Positions 18,735 to 27,124 of a stretch of DNA of 36,070 nt are shown here, in pieces (within the stretch, counting starts at the first letter, position 1; the number at the start of each line of letters is the position of its first letter). A model generated the notes under the pieces. It worked only from the letters and a program-made list of their open reading frames with translations. It had not been told where the DNA came from and did no database searches. Position numbers and translations under genes: made by a program. The DNA comes from a virus (lineage: Duplodnaviria > Caudoviricetes), in IMG/VR virus record IMGVR_UViG_3300033406_000369, positions 1-36,070 of that record. The stretch is one strand, 5' to 3'.

Positions 18735-18962
18735 TCACGATATCATATCTGTACAGTAACGCGATGAACCCATGATAAAAATCACTAATTCGTTGAATTT
18801 CTTAATGTTTATAGATTCACCTTGGCGTGTGACAATATCGGCAAGTTCCCCGATCGCTCTTTGCTGGTCCCCGAGCTCCGCGCTGATGCTTTCGATGATA
18901 TCGAAGATCTCTACGAGATTCCTCGACATGAGCGGGCTGTCGATCTTGATCGCGGCCATCAT
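18735..18962 (-). CDS. Small hypothetical protein coupled to the antirepressor gene
   Basis: ATGA overlap with the Bro-N gene stop and GGAGG RBS; amphipathic helices. Confidence 0.55.
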   Translation of the reverse strand: MMAAIKIDSPLMSRNLVEIFDIIESISAELGDQQRAIGELADIVTRQGESINIKKFNELVIFIMGSSRYCTDMIS

Positions 18963-19897
18963 GCCACCTCCTCGGCTTCCGGCGCGCGGCCGGTGATGAC
19001 TTCGAGCGCTCTGGCGAGTTGGTCAGCAGGGACGACGGTTCCACGGCCGTTGAAGCCGATGGCCCCAATGCGGGCGTGGCCGGCGCTGGCGCCGGGGATA
19101 TCGCGAAGCCGCTGGGCAGCATCCGTCTCGCGGGAGGTGCCGGCGAACGCGCAGGCAATGGCTGGCGCGCCGTTGGCAACGAACAGGGCGCCATCGCGGC
19201 AGGGCCGGCCGGCGATGCGCCAGACGAGCTTCAGGCCAAGCGGTTCGATGAGATCGGAGCGCTTCAACTCGACGGCGCGAGCGACCTGATCGCCGATGAT
19301 CACGCCATCCCCGTCTGGCGCCGACAACAAGTCGACCAGGATGGAGAAGGCTTCATCTTCAAGAAGCGGCGGCACTGACGACAGCGGCACCCGCATGTCA
19401 TGCGCGGCCGGCATGTCGAGTTCCTGCCAGACGCGAGCTGCGAAAGCTCGGCCCATCAGAATGCGGGCCTCGCGAACAGCGGCCGTCTTGGCCGTCAGCT
19501 CGGCGATGTGGTCGCCAGAGGCCCGGCGAGGCTGAAGCTCGTCCGCCTGGGCGTCCTCTTCCCGGCCGGGCACCACATAGGCTCCGGTGCGCCGAAGGGA
19601 GGGAAGCACCTCATGCGCCAGCCAACGCTTAAACCGCTCGGCTTCAGGCTTGCGAGACGTGAAGATGAGGCGGAAGACGCCAGCCTCAGAGACGATGATC
19701 ATCTCCTGTCGGCCTTGAGGGGTGGGTACAGTATACCCACCCCTTTCGTCGTCATCGAGCCTGTCGAGGGCCTGATTGTGGTCCTTGATGCCCAAAACGG
19801 AGCAAACGTCCTTGCCAGTGAACCATGGTTCGCCATCGATCATGACGGATCGAACCATCTGCTCCTCGAAAACGAGAGGGGTAACGGTACCTTCCAT
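18959..19897 (-). CDS. ant: Bro-N domain antirepressor
   Basis: VRSVMIDGEPWFTGKDVCSVLG...TPQGRQEMIIVSEAGVFRLIFTSRKPEAERFKRWLAHEVLPSLRRTGAY; start at 19897 with GAAGGA RBS. Confidence 0.9.
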   Translation of the reverse strand: MEGTVTPLVFEEQMVRSVMIDGEPWFTGKDVCSVLGIKDHNQALDRLDDDERGGYTVPTPQGRQEMIIVSEAGVFRLIFTSRKPEAERFKRWLAHEVLPSLRRTGAYVVPGREEDAQADELQPRRASGDHIAELTAKTAAVREARILMGRAFAARVWQELDMPAAHDMRVPLSSVPPLLEDEAFSILVDLLSAPDGDGVIIGDQVARAVELKRSDLIEPLGLKLVWRIAGRPCRDGALFVANGAPAIACAFAGTSRETDAAQRLRDIPGASAGHARIGAIGFNGRGTVVPADQLARALEVITGRAPEAEEVA

Positions 19898-19927
19898 AAC
19901 AATGGTCCTTCGGTGGGAGCCCGAAGG

Positions 19928-20014
19928 CTCCGGGAGTTGAACCACATCGCCGAAGGTCGACGTGCAACACGCCTTTAGGCCGAAGCCCTGGACATGCGCG
20001 TGCTGCTCCCGGAG
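19928..20014 (-). ncRNA. C4-like antisense RNA (three-stem junction)
   Basis: Outer stem CTCCGGGAG/CTCCCGGAG, two inner UUCG-capped stems, unpaired GTTCAA; lies upstream of ant. Confidence 0.65.
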
Positions 20015-20196
20015 GCATCACAGATGATATCAGGATGCGCCGTTCGCGGAGGCGTTGCCGCCCTCGGTGATGTCATTCGGCCTCGGAGTTCAAGCCTTGG
20101 TCGAACAGCCAAACGGTGCATCGAAAGGAATCGCTTGTCAAGCGGGGCGAGGAAGTTACAACCTGCAACAAAAAGGTGAGTGGTTCGGAGGCTATC

Positions 20197-20523
20197 TTGA
20201 AGCACGCGGTTTTTGTTTTAACAGTTGGAGCCCTTCTTGTCGGCTGCCAAACAGCACAGCGTCCCTCCCCATTAAGTGACCCAACAGTTTCATATTGGGA
20301 ACTTCAATATCAAAAGTGCGTATTACATTATTCGAGAAAGATTTCATCTCAGTCCGGCTCCCCAATTGAGCTTGCATACGTTGTCCGCTCATTATGTCAT
20401 CTAGAAGAATTTGAGCTGGCTAGGGCCGTAGCGCCATTCGATAGTCCAGGAACGATGGAGGGCTACCGACAAGGAGCGTTAGAAGGTGCCGCAGGGATAA
20501 TTGCGAAAGCCAGGATGCGCTAA
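20197..20523 (+). CDS. Accessory lipoprotein
   Basis: TTG start at 20197 with GGAGG RBS gives MKHAVFVLTVGALLVG-C (lipobox LVGC); lower GC. Confidence 0.75.
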   Translation: MKHAVFVLTVGALLVGCQTAQRPSPLSDPTVSYWELQYQKCVLHYSRKISSQSGSPIELAYVVRSLCHLEEFELARAVAPFDSPGTMEGYRQGALEGAAGIIAKARMR

Positions 20524-20554
20524 CACCAGGCGAGTTTCTGCTGGATCGTCGCTG

Positions 20555-20579
20555 GCTTCCGCCCATGGGGGGCGGAAGC
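20555..20579. terminator. Hairpin between the convergent lipoprotein and scaffold genes
   Basis: GCTTCCGCCC-atggg-GGGCGGAAGC; no clear U-tract. Confidence 0.5.
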
Positions 20580-20618
20580 TTCGCGGGCTGACTGTTGGCG
20601 TTTGCCCACAAATGAAAT

Positions 20619-21509
20619 TCATCCCTTCGCGATAACGTCCATGAGCCGCTGCCGCGCCGCCTTCACAGCCTGGTGGTTCGGGTGTGTGGCGTCGCTAAGC
20701 GCCGCGACATGCCCCGCGTCGGCGTTGAGCCTCTGAAGCTCAGCCTTCGCGCCCGCAGCCGTCAGCCCACCGGCGCCGGGCGCCTTCGGATCAACGAGCT
20801 TGTCCTCGCCCATCATGGTTCCAATCTGGTGGAACATCTTGACCAGGCCGGCCGATCCCATGACCTTTTCGAGCGCTGCTGTGTCGTCGATCGGCACGCC
20901 GAGGGCGCGTGCCGCGCGCTGGCTTAGCTCCCGGTTCTTCGCCGCTTCTGCACCCCATTCCTTGTCGAGTGCTGCGCTGAGATCGGCCGTCGCCTTGGCG
21001 CCCTGAATGCCGGCCTGCTCATAGGTTCCCTTGATGTAGCCGAGCACGTCGGACAGGATGGCCTTGGCTTGGCCGGCCGGCACCTTGGCCTTGTGCGCCG
21101 CATCGACGAAGGCCTGCTCGAAGGCGTCGTTGTACTCCGGGAAATCCTTCCGGATATCCTCCGGCGCTGTCACTCCATAGGCCTTGCGGTCCTCGGTCCA
21201 GCCGAGATCCTTCCAGCCATCCCATTCGGTGAGCTTGTCGGCCGCCGGCCGCGACAGCACGTTGCGATCGCGGGCGACATGGTCGGCATGCATGCCCGAT
21301 TTCAGCGCCGTCGAGATGTTGGCGAATTTCTTGTCGGCAATCCACTTTTGGGTGTCCGCGTCCAGTCCCTCAATCGACGAATACCAGGGATCGCCAGCCG
21401 GCGGCGGATTGCCGGCGTTCGCCGGATCGATGGCCGGCGGATCACCGGCGCCGGGATTCGGATTGACCGGCGGGGTGTTGTCGTTCGGAAGGTCGTTCTC
21501 ACCGCTCAT
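20619..21509 (-). CDS. Capsid scaffolding protein
   Basis: Start MSGENDL at 21509; Pro-rich N-terminus, ALDKEWG, IGTMMGED, HPNHQA motifs; follows the portal. Confidence 0.8.
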   Translation of the reverse strand: MSGENDLPNDNTPPVNPNPGAGDPPAIDPANAGNPPPAGDPWYSSIEGLDADTQKWIADKKFANISTALKSGMHADHVARDRNVLSRPAADKLTEWDGWKDLGWTEDRKAYGVTAPEDIRKDFPEYNDAFEQAFVDAAHKAKVPAGQAKAILSDVLGYIKGTYEQAGIQGAKATADLSAALDKEWGAEAAKNRELSQRAARALGVPIDDTAALEKVMGSAGLVKMFHQIGTMMGEDKLVDPKAPGAGGLTAAGAKAELQRLNADAGHVAALSDATHPNHQAVKAARQRLMDVIAKG

Positions 21510-21510
21510 C

Positions 21511-21792
21511 TCATGCGTCCTTTTCGTTCCGCTCCAGCCAGTTCCACAGCGTGGCGGGGCTCTCGTTGGCGATCTTGATGACTTCGAGCGCGAGCTGTCG
21601 GCGTCCCTCCGCGACGGCCGACGAATAGGGGTCGCCCGGCACATGCGACGTGGTCCACACGCCGCCGCGCAAGGCGAGATCGGCCAGGAACAGCTTCTGT
21701 TCGCCAACCGTCATGTATTCCCGCAGAAGCAGGATGCGGTTTTCCCGCTGCCGCCAGACGGACTTCCACCACCGTATGGCGTTCGTGATCAT
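21511..21792 (-). CDS. Small conserved head-region protein (Bbp19-like)
   Basis: Start MITNAI is coupled to the portal stop; LADL...PGDPYSSAVAEGRRQLAL motif. Confidence 0.7.
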   Translation of the reverse strand: MITNAIRWWKSVWRQRENRILLLREYMTVGEQKLFLADLALRGGVWTTSHVPGDPYSSAVAEGRRQLALEVIKIANESPATLWNWLERNEKDA

Positions 21793-23408
21793 GGTTTTCC
21801 TCCTTTGCCGGTGCGCTCGCCGGAGAGTGTGGCCGCCTGGGCGGCGTGCGCCGCCTCGGCCGCGATGGTGACGGCCTGGCCGGTCTGGTCGAGGGCCTGC
21901 TGCTGGGCCATCTGCCCCTGACGCGCCTGGCGTAGTTCGGTGACGGTCTTGGCGTCCCGCAAAGCCTGGGGCGCGGCGCCATAGGCGTCGTGGAGCACGG
22001 CGGCGGAACCGTCGATGTCGACGTTGTCCATGGCGGTCGGGTCGATCTGGGCAAGCTGGCCGATCGCCTGGAGCCATTGCAGCGTCGCCCGGCCGAGCCC
22101 CGCCTTCATCGCCTTGGCGAGCGGCGAGACATACTCGATCGATAGCATTCGCCCCTGAAGCTCGGGCGGTAGCGGATCGATCTGACCGGCGCGGGCAAGG
22201 ATGCGATAGCGCCTGGCAATGAACGGGCTAAGGCCATAGGTCTGGATGCGGACGAGGTTCGGCCCCATCAGGCGCAGCTTTTCCTCCTGAAAGCCGAGGA
22301 ATTCGGTCGCCGTCATCTGCGGACGGTTCACGAGCTGCATCAGCCCGAAATAGAAGGCTTCGCGGATCGAATTGCGCCGCTGTTCGGATTGCTGCATCGA
22401 CAGGCGCACATCGTTGCCACGGCTAAGGTGCTCCATGAGCTTCTTGCCCTGGTCGTTCATCGTTCCGTAGAGCAAGGCATTCGGCGCGATGTCGGCGGCC
22501 GTCAGCACGCTCTCATCGTTGACCAGTACCGGCGGCTCGGCCGCGTATTGCGCGGCAACGATGTGGCTCCGCTCCATCTCCTGAAGCATGGCCGAATCTG
22601 CCTTGGCGAGATGGCCTGGCCCGGTTGGATAGGCGCGGCCAGGTCGCCGGTTCCACTGCGGCACGAAGAACGGAAACTCCTCGAAGCCGCCAACCTTCTG
22701 CCACCCCTTGATGTCGGGCGAGCAGTAGAGGGACAGATAGCGCTTGCCTTCAGGCCCCAGCCGGCGCGGCCGGAAATCCATGTTGCGCGTCACGCCGTGG
22801 ATGATCTGATACGACCGCTTGTCGTCGAGTTCGCCCGGCGCCGCATCACCGAACATCTGACGCACCTGCCGGCCCTTCAGCATGAACTTCCGGTGCATCG
22901 TGTCGGCCATGCCGAAGGCGTCGACATCGAGATAGCACTGACCGATCGGCAGCACGCGGTCGACGATTCTCTGGTTCCCAACGTCTTCCTCGGTGTGCAT
23001 CACCGAGAAGCCGAAGGCGCCAACGTCGCCGAACCAGGCCGGCGCTTCGGCATAGAAGCAGGAGACCGCCGGAGACAGCGACGCGGCGAGAACCGACGTC
23101 GTCGAGGACAGCCAGCGTTTGACCGATCCCCACTTGTCGAGGTCCTGGTCGCCTGTGCTAAGGCCAAACCATGCGTCCATCGGGTTGGTCGCCTGGGTGA
23201 ACATGCCGCCGGCAAAAGCGTCGAGAGCATAAAGCTGGGTGGCGTCGAAAAGGTCGTCGTAGGCTGGCTTGCGTTTGTTGTCGCCCGAGGAAATGCCGAC
23301 CTGGTCGGGTCGCATCAGGCGCGCGATCTCATCCCATTCCGATTCCTCAAGCCGGCGTTCGGCTTCGAGTTCTTCCTGGCGGGAGAGGACGGCGGAATAA
23401 TCGAGCAT
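21789..23408 (-). CDS. Portal / head-tail connector (T7 gp8-like)
   Basis: 539 aa; GFEEFPFFVPQW, MTATEF...EEKLRLMGP, IEYVSPLA motifs. Confidence 0.92.
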   Translation of the reverse strand: MLDYSAVLSRQEELEAERRLEESEWDEIARLMRPDQVGISSGDNKRKPAYDDLFDATQLYALDAFAGGMFTQATNPMDAWFGLSTGDQDLDKWGSVKRWLSSTTSVLAASLSPAVSCFYAEAPAWFGDVGAFGFSVMHTEEDVGNQRIVDRVLPIGQCYLDVDAFGMADTMHRKFMLKGRQVRQMFGDAAPGELDDKRSYQIIHGVTRNMDFRPRRLGPEGKRYLSLYCSPDIKGWQKVGGFEEFPFFVPQWNRRPGRAYPTGPGHLAKADSAMLQEMERSHIVAAQYAAEPPVLVNDESVLTAADIAPNALLYGTMNDQGKKLMEHLSRGNDVRLSMQQSEQRRNSIREAFYFGLMQLVNRPQMTATEFLGFQEEKLRLMGPNLVRIQTYGLSPFIARRYRILARAGQIDPLPPELQGRMLSIEYVSPLAKAMKAGLGRATLQWLQAIGQLAQIDPTAMDNVDIDGSAAVLHDAYGAAPQALRDAKTVTELRQARQGQMAQQQALDQTGQAVTIAAEAAHAAQAATLSGERTGKGGKP

Positions 23409-23414
23409 GTCGCC

Positions 23415-23651
23415 TCACTGACCGAGCAAAGCCTTCGATGCCGGCGTTGCCTGCGCGAAGGTCGAAGGGGAAAAGATCGTCGAGGCGAGGCCGCGCAAGC
23501 CGGCGAGCTTCTGTTGCTGGCGCTCGGAGGCGACGCGCGCTTGCTCGCCATCCTTGCCGGCCTGAAGCGTCGCTTCGAGCTGGGCATTAGCGTCCTGCTG
23601 GGCTTTCAGGGCGTCTTTCATGCCGCTGTCGCCGCCGAGTTTGAGACACAT
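23415..23651 (-). CDS. Small pre-portal protein
   Basis: Starts MCLK and ends KALLGQ, the pattern typical of the small gene before podovirus portals; GGAGG RBS. Confidence 0.7.
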   Translation of the reverse strand: MCLKLGGDSGMKDALKAQQDANAQLEATLQAGKDGEQARVASERQQQKLAGLRGLASTIFSPSTFAQATPASKALLGQ

Positions 23652-23655
23652 CTGG

Positions 23656-24165
23656 TCAACCTCCATCGTGGGGCAGGTCGGCGAACACCGGTTCGGGGTT
23701 GAGCCAGGCGTAGGTCACAAAGGCCTCGCCATGCTTCCCGACCAGTGGATGCCGGCCCTCAAGCTGGAACCCAAGGCGTTCCAGCCACCGACGAGCGACG
23801 GTGTGTCCCTCCCAGCAGCGACACTCTGCGCGATTGACGATTGTCCTCAGCACCCGTCCGATGCCGTCCCTTTTGGCCCACCTGGTCGCCGGAAGCGCGA
23901 TCTCAGGCCAGCGATCCGTCGCCACCATGTAGACGCTGGCGACGCGTGGCGAGGTCAGCCCGCCGCCGATCAGCGCCACTGCGTGCCCTTCCGGCGTGGC
24001 GAGGCAAAGATCGGCGACACGATTCGGCCGGCTGGCAATCATCGCCTCGGCGATCGATGTCGAGCTGCCCTCGAAACGCACGGCGTCGACCTCGACCAGG
24101 TCACGCGCCCGAAGGGCGTGGATGACCTCAAAAATATCGTCGTCATCGGCATAGCGGATGATCAT
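23656..24165 (-). CDS. GNAT-fold protein (T7 gp13-like)
   Basis: LRARDLVE...ARRWLERLGFQLEG motif; ATGA-coupled to terL. Confidence 0.75.
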   Translation of the reverse strand: MIIRYADDDDIFEVIHALRARDLVEVDAVRFEGSSTSIAEAMIASRPNRVADLCLATPEGHAVALIGGGLTSPRVASVYMVATDRWPEIALPATRWAKRDGIGRVLRTIVNRAECRCWEGHTVARRWLERLGFQLEGRHPLVGKHGEAFVTYAWLNPEPVFADLPHDGG

Positions 24166-25670
24166 CCATGCCTCCGGAGCGGGTTGTAGCGGCCGTTTTC
24201 ATTGCGCCCGGCCATGCGGCGGCGCTTCTTCTCGGCCGCGATCTCCGACCGCCTGCGCCTCGCCTCGGCCGAACCGAGCAGGAGGCAGGCGTATTGCAGA
24301 CCGTCGTGAATGTGGCTGTCGAAGCTCTTGCCAACCGACGACACGTCGTCGGAACCGGCGAGCTTGCGATACTGATAGGTCTGGTTGAAGCCGCGCCTGA
24401 GGCCCTTGCAGGAGGGATCGAGCAGGAAGCCTGGCCGACCGTTGTCGAGCGTGCGGGTGAGCGGATCACGCACCGCTTCCCAGCGCGCGTCCGGCTCGTT
24501 GGTGCTGGCGGCGACAACCGGAATACCCAACGCCGCTTGAAGGCGCGACCGGGCCGAACCGTCCTCGGTGTCATCGCCGGCACACATGGCCGGATCGCAG
24601 CGGATGACGAACTCGCAGCCGGGGAAGCGGCGCTCCATCAGCGACAGCATCTGCCGGGCGAGCGAGGTTTCCGAGGCGTGGGTGCAAGCGATCTCGGCGA
24701 GCACGGCCACCTGGCCGTCGGGACGTTCCTGGAGAAACACCGCGGCCGGCGTCAGACCGCCGTCAATGCCGACGATGATCGGCAGTTCGCGGAAGTGCTC
24801 CAGCGTCGCCGGTGCCATGTGCAGTTCGTCGTTGAACTCGGGGTAGACGACGGAGATTCCCCGCGTGAAGCCCGGCAGGCTCATGATGAACTTGCGGATC
24901 CACCAGGGCCGATGCGCGTTGAGCTTGGCCTGCTGGAGCCAGTAGCCGGCGCCCATGGCCGCGATGTTCTCGGCGTTGGGCGCGAAGCCGGACGGTTGCT
25001 TGTAGAGGTGATAGCCGGGCTTCAGATCCTCGAAGAAGTCCCGATAGACCCAATCCGTGACGCTGGGCGCGTTCATGTCGCCGAAGATACGACCGCCACG
25101 GCCGATCAGCTCGCGTGCCGGGTCGCGACCGACACGGCCGACCAGCATCGTGAACAGGTCCTCTGGCAACGTGTCCATCTCGTTCAGCCAGACGTCGGTG
25201 TATTCGAGGCCCTTGAGGTCGTCGGGGTTCGCTTCGTCGCCGAAGGCACGGAAGCGGGCAACCAGCTCGATCGGCCCCCAGCGGTCCTCGAAGCGGATGA
25301 CGTGCTGGGCGGCGCGCGGCTTGGCACCCGACCAACTGCCGAGGCTCTGCGGCAGCAACTTCCACCAGCTCGGAATCGTCGCGTCCCAGAGGTTGTCGTA
25401 TTTCTGGCGCCAGATACCGAGCACGTAGCGGCGCATCGCCCTGCCCTGCTCGTCTCTTGTCGTCGGCCGGATGCGCGTCGCCTCGACGATCGCCTTCTTG
25501 ACGCTGCCAGTGGTCTTGGCCGACCCCATGGGGCCGACAATGCCGATCACGTCTTCCGTCGCCATGATGTAGGCGTCCGACACCGGGCCGGCGGACGAGA
25601 AGATGTCCGGCATCTGGGCCTTGAGCACGTCACCCAGCGACCCGAAAGCGGTCTGGTCGATGGCGGTCAT
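24162..25670 (-). CDS. terL: Terminase large subunit
   Basis: Walker A GPMGSAKT, Walker B VWLNE, coupling motif DMN, nuclease GIDGG and SHIHDGLQY; ATG at 25670 with GAGG RBS. Confidence 0.92.
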   Translation of the reverse strand: MTAIDQTAFGSLGDVLKAQMPDIFSSAGPVSDAYIMATEDVIGIVGPMGSAKTTGSVKKAIVEATRIRPTTRDEQGRAMRRYVLGIWRQKYDNLWDATIPSWWKLLPQSLGSWSGAKPRAAQHVIRFEDRWGPIELVARFRAFGDEANPDDLKGLEYTDVWLNEMDTLPEDLFTMLVGRVGRDPARELIGRGGRIFGDMNAPSVTDWVYRDFFEDLKPGYHLYKQPSGFAPNAENIAAMGAGYWLQQAKLNAHRPWWIRKFIMSLPGFTRGISVVYPEFNDELHMAPATLEHFRELPIIVGIDGGLTPAAVFLQERPDGQVAVLAEIACTHASETSLARQMLSLMERRFPGCEFVIRCDPAMCAGDDTEDGSARSRLQAALGIPVVAASTNEPDARWEAVRDPLTRTLDNGRPGFLLDPSCKGLRRGFNQTYQYRKLAGSDDVSSVGKSFDSHIHDGLQYACLLLGSAEARRRRSEIAAEKKRRRMAGRNENGRYNPLRRHG

Positions 25671-25936
25671 ACCGCGCCTCCCCAAACCCCGGCGCCCCGG
25701 CACCCCGAACCCGACGCAGGATCAAACCCGGTTCGCGATCTGGATCGGCGGTTGGCGGGAGCCCGGACAATCCTTGCCGAGGGGTAGCAGGATTTTTTCA
25801 AATCTATTCTTGGGGGGTGGGGGTGGCAGGGCACCGGGGGGGTGGGTTCAGCCATTCCGAGCGGCGCGGCGCCAGCCTGGCGCGTCGCCTGCCCCACTGT
25901 CTCATTAGGGTATGCCAAGGCGGCAACCTGTCTCAT
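25667..25936 (-). other. Bridge ORF between terS and terL over a G-tract region
   Basis: ATGA overlaps at both ends; the product is low-complexity and not protein-like. Confidence 0.4.
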
Positions 25937-26568
25937 TTGCCGTCCTCCGACCCATTTGAGACGGGTTTCGCCGTCTCGTCATCCTGTTCCGCTGGCGTAT
26001 ACCCAATTGAGACGGCACCCGAGCCCGGCTCGCGAGCCGAACTGGTTACGCCGAGTTCGTCGCCGTCGAGGTATTCCCACGGTGGCCGATCAGGTGAGAC
26101 GCCAAGCGAGGCACCGCCACCGAACACCATGTTGATGGTCGGAACGGCGTTGCCAGCCTCGTCGGTGGCCGCGAGGTTTGGAATGACGATGCCCTGCAAG
26201 CTGTCGGCGATCGCCTTCTGACGGTCGAAGGCCTCGACCCTCTTGCATCCCAGATACTCGGCGAGCTGCTCGACGGTCATGGTGAGCCAGGAGATTTTCC
26301 AGATGACCGGGTTCTTGCCGTGCGACAGCACATACTCGCGAAGCTGCCGCGTATTGATGTTCTTGGCGCCCTTCGGTCGGCCGGCCTGGCGCTCCCGTAC
26401 CTCGGCCTCGGCGACGATCTGATTGCGCTTCGCCTCATCGGCGATCGGCGGCGCGAAGAAGCCGAGCTGCTCGCCCTCGGCGGCAGCCTTCTCGGCGTCG
26501 ACCTCGTCGGCCAGTCGCCGCGCAATCTCCTTCTGGAGACCCCTCTTGCCGCTGTTCTGGTCAGCCAT
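25933..26568 (-). CDS. Putative terminase small subunit
   Basis: GRPKGAKN motif, GGAGG RBS, position upstream of terL. Confidence 0.65.
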   Translation of the reverse strand: MADQNSGKRGLQKEIARRLADEVDAEKAAAEGEQLGFFAPPIADEAKRNQIVAEAEVRERQAGRPKGAKNINTRQLREYVLSHGKNPVIWKISWLTMTVEQLAEYLGCKRVEAFDRQKAIADSLQGIVIPNLAATDEAGNAVPTINMVFGGGASLGVSPDRPPWEYLDGDELGVTSSAREPGSGAVSIGYTPAEQDDETAKPVSNGSEDGK

Positions 26569-26619
26569 TGAGGCCTCCAGACAGGCAATAGCTTGATATT
26601 TCTGGATATTTTATTGTTC

Positions 26620-26925
26620 TGCAACGGCTGCAACGGTCGAGAAATCGACGATGTTGCAAATCAGAAATGCTAAGTATCTGATTTATATATCTCTTTATAG
26701 TTTTAGCAACAGTGCAACAGCTGCAACGCCCTACGCGCGCGTATAGCATCCTTGAAAGCCATGAACGCGAACACGCGAAGGAGGTTTCCATATGCGCGCG
26801 CGACCCCGTTGCAGGCGTTGCAGCGTTGCGGCTTTCCATTTTCCCCTTTCGCATCAGCATCTTAAAAATCGACCATCTGATTTTTAGTGTTGCAAAAAGT
26901 GTTGCAAGTCGCCGAAAGCGTTGCG
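26620..26925. repeat. Iteron cluster, putative replication origin
   Basis: Twelve (T)GCAAC/GTTGC(A) copies in both orientations, at 26620, 26629, 26653, 26705, 26713, 26722, 26808, 26817, 26825, 26889, 26901 and 26920, around an AT-rich tract, just downstream of the helicase gene. Confidence 0.75.
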
Positions 26926-27124
26926 AGACCTTGAATTCATCAACGATATGAATGGCTTGCCCGCACCCGCCCGCCGCAGCGTCCACCTTCGCGTTCATTC
27001 CTGCCTGATCAGCACCTTGCGATGCAGAACTGGGCGCGCGTCCTCTGTGTTCGTCTGCTGGGTTCAGGGGCGGAGCAGAAAGCCCGGAACTCCGCCATTC
27101 TCGTCTTTGCGTCATGGCTGTCGC

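Noticed and set aside
19975-20205. Short ORFs upstream of ant as icd/kil-like genes
   Set aside because: No convincing RBS or motif; the region is better explained as promoter plus structured RNA, though a short leader peptide cannot be excluded.
26620-26925. CRISPR array
   Set aside because: The repeats are 5-9 bp, in both orientations and irregularly spaced; no cas genes.
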